Part shown: positions 18,601 through 24,000 of the stretch, one piece after another
Position numbering within the stretch: the first letter of the stretch is position 1
Layout: every line of letters begins with the position of its first letter
Assembly: GCA_030150485.1 (NCBI GenBank)
Contig: JASLFZ010000061.1
Location: 1-24,000, forward strand
Length of the DNA stretch: 24,000 nucleotides
Direction of reading: 5' to 3'
DNA from: Candidatus Saccharimonadales bacterium
GTDB lineage: Bacteria > Patescibacteriota > Saccharimonadia > UBA4664 > SCTI01
Position numbers and translations under genes: made by a program
Notes under the pieces: model-generated
Database searches by the model: none
Seen by the model: only the letters and a program-made list of their open reading frames with translations
Told to the model about the DNA's origin: nothing

Positions 18601-18647
18601 ACCTCTATCCGAGATTACTCGCCCTTAGAGTAATCTCGGATAGAGGT
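18601..18647. repeat. Perfect 20-bp inverted repeat hairpin upstream of polA
   Basis: ACCTCTATCCGAGATTACTC - GCCCTTA - GAGTAATCTCGGATAGAGGT; no U tract on either side. Confidence 0.95.
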
Positions 18648-18990
18648 CCGAGCTTCAGCGTTGGCTGAAACTCGGAGAGTGCCACGTGGAAGGAGTCTCG
18701 CTCTTCCGGACGTGAACTGGTCGCGAAGGCCAGTCATCCAGACTCAGGGCTGTTTTCTAGACAGACGTTCACGTTTTGAGCGCTAAAGGCAGTGCACCCA
18801 AAAGGTGAACGTCTAACCAGAAGGTTGGCCGGTAAGCTTCCGTAAATCGCTGCACGCTTTAAGTTGGTTTCGTGAGTATTTGCAGAGGCTTACCGGCTAT
18901 ACCGTTACCGGATTTTCGGCGGATCCATGCGTTGATCCCTCTCGCTTATATTGTTATGGTCCCGACCGGCCGCTGCCGCCTGCTCGATCT
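18601..18990 (-). ncRNA. Candidate structured RNA or very long structured polA leader (class unknown)
   Basis: Downstream of a strong minus promoter (18997-19025); contains at least five substantial hairpins. No ORF is needed to explain the interval. Confidence 0.5.
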
Positions 18991-18996
18991 ACCCCA

Positions 18997-19025
18997 AGCA
19001 TAGCGCGGTACTTATTTTGTGTCAA
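18997..19025 (-). promoter_or_regulatory. Predicted strong sigma70-type promoter
   Basis: Minus strand TTGACA (19025-19020) - 17 nt - TATGCT (19002-18997). Confidence 0.75.
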
Positions 19026-19120
19026 GAGTTTTTGACGCAAACAATTTATTTAATCACTATTTCTCGATATAAATTGCATTAATTAATGTCTGTTTGTCTT
19101 AACGTATTAACATCTTTGAC

Positions 19121-19147
19121 AAAAAAATAAAGCCTCCTACGGCTTTT
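19121..19147 (-). terminator. Intrinsic terminator on minus strand
   Basis: Minus strand AAAGCC-GTAGGA-GGCTTT followed by ATTTTTTT. Confidence 0.8.
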
Positions 19148-19342
19148 GATTAGTGTATTGAGGGGCAGGCGCCCCGGCTGTTGCCGGGACGCCCACACCG
19201 ATTGGAGCATAATTTACTGGTTTCTCATTGGGTGAAGTCCGTTAAGACTTTTTTGCCCAATCCAGGCTATGGACTGCTCCGACCGAGTTAACTCGGAAAC
19301 GGGACTAAACCCGCAGGACTACCTGTCGGTGTTAGCCCGACC

Positions 19343-19456
19343 CTAGTCTTCGACGCAGGAGCCGCCGGCGCCAAGCGCCGTGCGGATGTGGGTATTCGCC
19401 GTGGTGTCCATGGGGGACCTGCCCTCTGCCTGGGAACAACTTGGCATATATGCCAT
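19343..19456 (-). CDS. Possible 37-aa small protein/leader peptide
   Basis: AAGGAG at 19471-19466, 9 nt before ATG (19456-19454); MAYMPSCSQAEGRSPMDTTANTHIRTALGAGGSCVED*. Confidence 0.35.
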   Translation of the reverse strand: MAYMPSCSQAEGRSPMDTTANTHIRTALGAGGSCVED

Positions 19457-19633
19457 GTTGTGTATCTCCTTACTCGATGTGTTGTCAGACTCGCCAAGCG
19501 CCACAAGGTGCCTGGCGATGCTAGCCGTCAAGTGATGACAGATGTGATACCGACTTTGGTGAGTCGAGAAAGCCACAGAGCTTTGGTCTGTCTAATGGCC
19601 CTAATTTATCCGCATAACTTGACAACTACCGGC

Positions 19634-19662
19634 ATTGTAGCATAAGATCATTCCTCTGTCAA
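19634..19662 (-). promoter_or_regulatory. Predicted strong promoter for the 19121..19628 transcript
   Basis: Minus strand TTGACA (19662-19657) - 17 nt - TACAAT (19639-19634). Confidence 0.8.
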
Positions 19663-19664
19663 TG

Positions 19665-20450
19665 TTAGTCGACAGATTTTTTGGGGTGATAATTATCCCA
19701 CGCCAACTCGTAGAGCTGCCGCAGGGCGCCAAGAATTTCTGGACTTTCAATGATAACCCCGATGGTATCGTTCGGGTCGTCCGGATAGCTTTGCATCACC
19801 GCCTTATCTTCGAAAAGCATGATATCAGCTTTGGCCCTCTCTGGTAGGCGCTTAGTTTCGCGCATAGCCTTAGGGTCGGAAGGCAATTCTTTACTAAAGG
19901 AGTAAAGCAAGCGAGTCCCAATCTTCTTTTTAAGGCGTTGGGCAGGGGTACGCTCCAACTCTCCTGGATCAATTTTAAGAACCGCATCAAAGTCGGAGAA
20001 TGAATACAACATAGTATTTGGCCGCGTGCGCTTCAACATCTGGCCGTTTATATTAATGAGCCCCTCCATGCCCTTAAAAAACCGCACAATCGGAGCGCCT
20101 TTAGATTCGCCCTTGCTCCCGACGGCGGAGGCCTGCAGCTCCGGCATGAGCCGCTCGAGCTCCTGCTTACGCAGATCAATCTCGTGCTGCTGGCGGGTAA
20201 ACAAAGTACCGAGCGCCTCGGGGGGCTCGGCCACATACACGGTCTTATTCTTTTCCTGCGACTGGCTAACCAGGCCGTACTCGGCCAGCTGATCGAGAAT
20301 CACGTAAGCGGTGGCGCGGTTAACATCTGCCTGGGTGGCAATGCGCTGCACTGGTGACGGACCGAGAAACAGTGCCGCCACATATACTCGAGCCTCTTTG
20401 TCGGAAAGGCCTAACGGCTCTAGGCGGGCGGCTAAATCGGTAATTTGCAT
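19665..20450 (-). CDS. TrmB-family transcriptional regulator
   Basis: N-terminal wHTH LGLSDKEARVYVAALFLGPSPVQRIATQADVNRATAYVILDQLAEYGLVSQ plus TrmB-like C-terminal region. Start MQITDLAARLE at 20450. Confidence 0.85.
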   Translation of the reverse strand: MQITDLAARLEPLGLSDKEARVYVAALFLGPSPVQRIATQADVNRATAYVILDQLAEYGLVSQSQEKNKTVYVAEPPEALGTLFTRQQHEIDLRKQELERLMPELQASAVGSKGESKGAPIVRFFKGMEGLININGQMLKRTRPNTMLYSFSDFDAVLKIDPGELERTPAQRLKKKIGTRLLYSFSKELPSDPKAMRETKRLPERAKADIMLFEDKAVMQSYPDDPNDTIGVIIESPEILGALRQLYELAWDNYHPKKSVD

Positions 20451-20456
20451 ATCCTT

Positions 20457-20484
20457 AGTATAGCACATTGTCAATGTTTTTCAA
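20457..20484 (-). promoter_or_regulatory. Predicted promoter of the trmB-like gene with internal palindrome
   Basis: Minus strand TTGAAA (20484-20479) - 16 nt - TATACT (20462-20457); palindrome ACATTG-N-CAATGT at 20465-20477 between the boxes. Confidence 0.65.
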
Positions 20485-20554
20485 CGCTTTATTGTGTGAT
20501 TAATGCGGGTACGGCGGCCCCGGGACATCCTTGTCCCGAGACCACCAGATGCAA

Positions 20555-21124
20555 TCAGCCGCTGTGGGCGTAATCCCACTTGACCTCGCCGGTACCTCCA
20601 AAGCCCAGTGCCTCCTTGGGGGCTTGTTGGAGGTCGAATTCGCGGCCAGCCACATAAGGACCGCGGTCAACCACCGTAACGTGCACGCACTTTTCAGTAG
20701 GTTCGTAACAGATACGGAGCCGTGTACCGCAGGGCATGGTCTTGTTGGCGACACCCATTTCGTTTTCCTGATAAACCCCTAGGCCAGGGCAGCCCAGGGG
20801 TCGACCGATGAAGCCAGGGCCGTACCAAGATGCTTCTGCGCTATGTGAGGGATATTTCGGCTTGGGATGGTGTTTGATCCACTCACGGCGCTTGCAGTGG
20901 ATGGTGACGCACAACTGCTTGGGTGTATGTCGAGTTGCTCGCTTCACAAATGCAGGCGAAGCGAGAGAGGTGCCGAGACTATTCGGCAGCGCCGGCGCCA
21001 GAGTGGCACCAGAGCGGGAGTTCGAGTTAGTGCTGGTCTCCGCTCCCGCAGTAGTGGGAATGAGGATCAACATCGAAAGCACGGCTCCTACGAGGATACG
21101 TAGGGCCATTTTGGATTGCGTCAT
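20555..21124 (-). CDS. Secreted RlpA-like (double-psi beta-barrel) domain protein
   Basis: N-terminal signal/TM MALRILVGAVLSMLILIPTTAGA; SAEASWYGPGF...GVANKTMPCGTRLRICY...VTVVDRGPYVAGREFDLQQAPKEALGFGGTGEVKWDYA. Confidence 0.88.
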   Translation of the reverse strand: MTQSKMALRILVGAVLSMLILIPTTAGAETSTNSNSRSGATLAPALPNSLGTSLASPAFVKRATRHTPKQLCVTIHCKRREWIKHHPKPKYPSHSAEASWYGPGFIGRPLGCPGLGVYQENEMGVANKTMPCGTRLRICYEPTEKCVHVTVVDRGPYVAGREFDLQQAPKEALGFGGTGEVKWDYAHSG

Positions 21125-21307
21125 CTTACGCCTTTCTTTTGGGCTGGGTGTGAGAAATCTCTCCTCGGTCCTTCAGTGGGGCTTGGGATGGAGCAATCGC
21201 CCTTCGCGACGGTGTCGGGACGACATTCGGGCAGAAGCCCGGAGTCATCCATACGATTCTAGACGATTACTCCAGACTGATCGCGAGCGATGCAGCCTGG
21301 ATGACCC
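21125..21307 (-). promoter_or_regulatory. Structured 5' leader of the RlpA-like gene (candidate cis-regulatory RNA)
   Basis: Predicted TSS at ~21305-21307 begins a 10-bp stem GGGUCAUCCA/UGGAUGACUC (21307-21298 / 21251-21242), followed by CGGGC-UUCU-GCCCG. Confidence 0.5.
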
Positions 21308-21311
21308 TTTT

Positions 21312-21340
21312 ATCTTATCATTACAGGTTTGGCGGCTCAA
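21312..21340 (-). promoter_or_regulatory. Predicted promoter for the RlpA-like gene
   Basis: Minus strand TTGAGC (21340-21335) - 17 nt - TAAGAT (21317-21312). Confidence 0.6.
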
Positions 21341-21349
21341 GCATGAGCA

Positions 21350-21661
21350 CTATTGGTTGATGTAGGTATCAGGATGTTCGGAGGGGTCTTGGGTGTCCGC
21401 ATCGCTGCCATCGGGAGCTTCCATAGCGGTTTGGCGCGCATCGGCAATGAAGAGATCGTCCGCCCTTAAGTCGTGCTCAACGGCTCTTGCTTCAGCTTCA
21501 GCGGCGGCGGCGTAGTATTCAGCTGCTTCGTTGCGACCGCCGGCGTTATCTACCTTACTATCAGCCAGTTCCTCCAGTGTGCGAGCTAGGCGCCGCTGTT
21601 CATTGGCAGAGGCGCGAGGATCTTCAGGGCCTGACGATTCCGGCGAGGGTGAGCCACTCAT
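21350..21661 (-). CDS. Hypothetical acidic, Ala/Glu-rich protein
   Basis: 103-aa ORF, abuts the kinase gene upstream; no domain recognised. Confidence 0.65.
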   Translation of the reverse strand: MSGSPSPESSGPEDPRASANEQRRLARTLEELADSKVDNAGGRNEAAEYYAAAAEAEARAVEHDLRADDLFIADARQTAMEAPDGSDADTQDPSEHPDTYINQ

Positions 21662-22275
21662 TAAAACGTACTCACGTCATAGCGCGGAAGGAGATTGGGG
21701 AAATCGCGAACCATGGCGGCGGCGGCAGCCGTAAGCTGTTCCAGGGTGCCATCGTTTGCGATGGTGGTGTCGGCGGCCGCAATAACCGCCTCAATCTGTT
21801 GAGCGGTACCGGCCCGCTCGGCCTCTTCGTTCGCCTTAAAGGTTTCGAAGCTAATATCATCGCCGGGGCGGGCACGCAGCCTGGAGCGCTCATAGCGAGT
21901 TTCAAGCGGTACATCGATAACGGCAATTTTGTCGCCACGCTCGTGCAGGAAGGTTACCTCAACAGCTTGACGCAAGCCGGGGTAGAGCAGAACCTCAATG
22001 CGGCTGGCTTGGGCTTGGGCAATTGACTGCTCGAGCCAGTAGGTGTAGCCGTGCGTTTCGGCAACGAGGTCGACCACATGGCGGAGCAGCGCGCGGTCGC
22101 CAGGGTCGCCAAGGTTGTGGTCGCGAACGTATTGGCGAATGAGATCGCCTGAGGAAACGAGAGCAACCTTGGTAGTGATGGCGACGAACTCGGTTTTAAG
22201 CAGGGCAGCAAAGGTGTCTTTGCCAGCGCCGGCGTACCCGGCGAGCGCCAGGATGGCGGGTTTTTGATCTGTCAT
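21661..22275 (-). CDS. P-loop nucleotide/dephospho-CoA kinase-like protein
   Basis: Walker A LAGYAGAGKDTFAALL near the N-terminus and VIDVPLETRYERSRLRARPGDD, typical of small-molecule kinases (AAA_18/CoaE-like). Confidence 0.7.
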   Translation of the reverse strand: MTDQKPAILALAGYAGAGKDTFAALLKTEFVAITTKVALVSSGDLIRQYVRDHNLGDPGDRALLRHVVDLVAETHGYTYWLEQSIAQAQASRIEVLLYPGLRQAVEVTFLHERGDKIAVIDVPLETRYERSRLRARPGDDISFETFKANEEAERAGTAQQIEAVIAAADTTIANDGTLEQLTAAAAAMVRDFPNLLPRYDVSTF

Positions 22276-22376
22276 ACATGTAATCATAGCAGACCTGGGG
22301 CTTCTAAAAACTACTACTCATATTTGAGTACTAAACTAGTAGTAGCGTGCACGGATTTGAGTGGTGGTTTTACAAC

Positions 22377-22396
22377 AAAAAAGCGGCCGAAGCCAC
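22377..22396 (-). terminator. Intrinsic terminator downstream of rpoD
   Basis: Minus strand GUGGC-UUCG-GCCGC-UUUUUG. Confidence 0.75.
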
Positions 22397-22418
22397 ATTC
22401 TTGTAGCGTAGGGGCTGC

Positions 22419-23525
22419 CTAAGCTAGATAGTCTTTGAGTTTCTTGCTCTCACGGTGCTTACGGAGCTTGGTGAGGGCTTTGGCTTCAATCTGGCGGATA
22501 CGCTCACGCGTAACACCAAACTCAAGCCCAACCTCTTCCAACGTGTGGCTTTTGCCATCTTCGAGGCCGAAGCGCATCCGGAGGATTTTCTGCTCCCGCG
22601 GAGTCAGCAGTGAGAGAACGCTGGCCACCTGCTCTTTAAGTAGCTGGTTGGCAGCCACTTCGGGCGGGGTGGGGCGATCCTCGTCTTCGATAAACTCACT
22701 CAAGCTAGAGTCCTTATCGTCCCCTACCGGTGACTCCAGCGAAACGATATCCTGCTTAATCTTGAGGATATGGTTGACCTTATCAACCTCAATCTCCATT
22801 TCGGCGGCAATCTCTTCCGGCAGCGGCTCACGGCCGAGCTCCTGGACTAACCGGCGCTGAGTACGGATAAGTTTGTTGATCGTCTCAACCATGTGGACCG
22901 GAATACGGATGGTCCGCGCCTGGTCGGCGATAGCGCGGGTGATGGCCTGGCGGATCCACCAGGTGGCGTAGGTGCTGAACTTAAAGCCCTTGGTGTAATC
23001 AAATTTTTCGACGGCGCGCAGCAGGCCGCTCGAACCCTCTTGAATCAGGTCGAGCAGATCGAGGCCGCGGCCAATATATTTCTTAGCGATAGAGACGACT
23101 AGCCGCAGGTTGGCCTCAACCATGGCGTCTTTAGCGGCCTTATCGCCCTTGGCGATCCGCTTAGCTAGCTCAACCTCTTGCTCGGCGTTGAGTAGCGGCA
23201 CGCGGCCGATCTCGCGCAGGTAAAGGCGCACAGAGTCGTCGGCAATATCTTTAACGTAGTCGTCGCTTTCCTGGGGCGATTCTTCGTCGTCGCCAGAATC
23301 CCAAATGAGACGATCTTTTTGGTCCGTTAGCTCGACACCGTGCTCAAGCAGCGCGGCATAGAGCTCATCAAGCTCCTCAATGTTATCCTCGGCATCGGGG
23401 ATGGCCTGCGAGACCTCTTGTTGGGTAACGAAACCCTGCTCTTTACCCTTCTGCAATAAGCGCTCGACCTCGGGGGTGTAGCGCGATTCGGTTTCTTCGG
23501 TGGAAACGGTAGCTTTTCTAGCCAA
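22419..23525 (-). CDS. rpoD: RNA polymerase primary sigma factor
   Basis: Regions 1.2-4.2: [97 protein letters not shown] start with AAAGGAG upstream. Confidence 0.96.
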   Translation of the reverse strand: MARKATVSTEETESRYTPEVERLLQKGKEQGFVTQQEVSQAIPDAEDNIEELDELYAALLEHGVELTDQKDRLIWDSGDDEESPQESDDYVKDIADDSVRLYLREIGRVPLLNAEQEVELAKRIAKGDKAAKDAMVEANLRLVVSIAKKYIGRGLDLLDLIQEGSSGLLRAVEKFDYTKGFKFSTYATWWIRQAITRAIADQARTIRIPVHMVETINKLIRTQRRLVQELGREPLPEEIAAEMEIEVDKVNHILKIKQDIVSLESPVGDDKDSSLSEFIEDEDRPTPPEVAANQLLKEQVASVLSLLTPREQKILRMRFGLEDGKSHTLEEVGLEFGVTRERIRQIEAKALTKLRKHRESKKLKDYLA

Positions 23526-23554
23526 ATGGAGCTCCTTTCGGGATTGGTGGTAGG

Positions 23555-24000
23555 TTATTCTTCTTCGGTGATGAGTGCCTGAAACTGACGCAGAAGCCGC
23601 CCGGCCAAATCGGTATCACCTTTGGCTTCGGCTTCTTGGAGTTTACGGCTGAGTTTGGTTTTGGTGTCTTTGTTGGTGGCGGTTTGCAGTCGTCCTACCA
23701 GCTGAAAGGCTTCAAAGCTGCGATCTGCAGGAGCGAATGAGTCGTACTGCTCTTCGCCCCGTAGTACTAAAATTTTAACATAGTCAGCCAGGTTTGGCAA
23801 CTGAGGCACCAGCTCAGCGACAGTAGCACTTGGAGCGGTCTGCAAAGCCTCGATGATGACTTGGTGATCTGGCTCGGAGAAATGCGCCGGCGTAAGATCT
23901 TCCAGGCTCACGCGCACCTCCGGATAAGCCAGATTAATGGCCAGCACGGACTCCTCCAGCCGCTGCTTTACCCCTTTGGGCTGAGCGGTTGTGGTGGTAG
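23555..24000 (-). CDS. dnaG: DNA primase, C-terminal part (extends beyond window)
   Basis: Open frame to the window edge; position immediately upstream of rpoD and a DnaG/DnaB-binding-like C-terminal helical sequence ([10 protein letters not shown]...[28 protein letters not shown]). Confidence 0.75.
   Translation of the reverse strand, partial: TTTTAQPKGVKQRLEESVLAINLAYPEVRVSLEDLTPAHFSEPDHQVIIEALQTAPSATVAELVPQLPNLADYVKILVLRGEEQYDSFAPADRSFEAFQLVGRLQTATNKDTKTKLSRKLQEAEAKGDTDLAGRLLRQFQALITEEE

Larger units (their letters stand above)
19121..19628 (-). ncRNA. Candidate ~0.5-kb structured transcript (class unknown), with a small ORF inside
   Basis: Bracketed by TTGACA-17-TACAAT promoter and an intrinsic terminator; several hairpins including GGCGUCCCGGC-AACA-GCCGGGGCGCC and CGCCAGGC...GCUUGGCG. 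Confidence 0.5.

Noticed and set aside
18601-19640. tmRNA, RNase P RNA, SRP RNA or 6S RNA in the polA-trmB interval
   Set aside because: Looked on both strands for tmRNA 5'/CCA-3' ends and ALAA-type tag, RNase P GAGGAAAGUC/ACAGAAA cores, and SRP GGUCAGG..GGAAGGAAGCAGC. None is visible. A cmscan is still required.
19388-19645. Plus-strand 85-aa ORF
   Set aside because: No Shine-Dalgarno or promoter; promoter and terminator evidence support the opposite strand.
21125-21307. ydaO/c-di-AMP riboswitch upstream of the RlpA-like gene
   Set aside because: Gene context fits, but conserved strings such as GAAUCCGUCAGCUAACCUCGUA are absent; kept only as an unclassified leader.
23574-23600. Second hammerhead-like string GGUGAUGAGUGCCUGAAAC on plus strand
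   Set aside because: Core reads GUGAUGA instead of CUGAUGA, no matching stems, and it overlaps dnaG coding sequence.
1-24000. CRISPR arrays, transposases, tRNA/rRNA genes or stop-codon reassignment
   Set aside because: No spaced direct repeats, no DDE/HUH transposase motifs and no tRNA T-loop or rRNA signatures recognised. Housekeeping ORFs read through normally with the standard code.

Overview
24 kb of ordinary bacterial housekeeping DNA, almost all encoded on the minus strand: uppS (partial), a RodZ-like HTH protein, FtsK, RNase J, family-4-like UDG, PNPase, S15, TruB, a DHH-like protein, HolA, MazG-like, MutM, PolA, a TrmB-type regulator, an RlpA-like protein, a P-loop kinase, RpoD and the DnaG C-terminus. 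rpsT and a few small ORFs are on the plus strand. The overall look (compact, overlapping genes, standard code) is compatible with a Candidate Phyla Radiation/Saccharibacteria-like genome, but that is inference. The strongest hidden signal is a complete type III hammerhead ribozyme consensus on the minus strand at 9052..9102: 5'-AACGU-U/AAAGACU-GUGU-AGUCUUU-CUGAUGA-GUCC-AAAA-GGAC-GAA-ACGUU-3'. It lies in the roughly 275-nt gap between two small hypothetical genes. Next most interesting is a ~1.1 kb gene-poor interval between polA and the trmB-like gene. It contains two consensus-like minus-strand promoters, one intrinsic terminator, a 20-bp perfect hairpin just upstream of polA, many further hairpins, and a 37-aa small ORF whose start codon lies inside a palindrome. 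A structured leader with its own promoter precedes the RlpA-like gene. No tRNA, rRNA, CRISPR or transposase was recognised.
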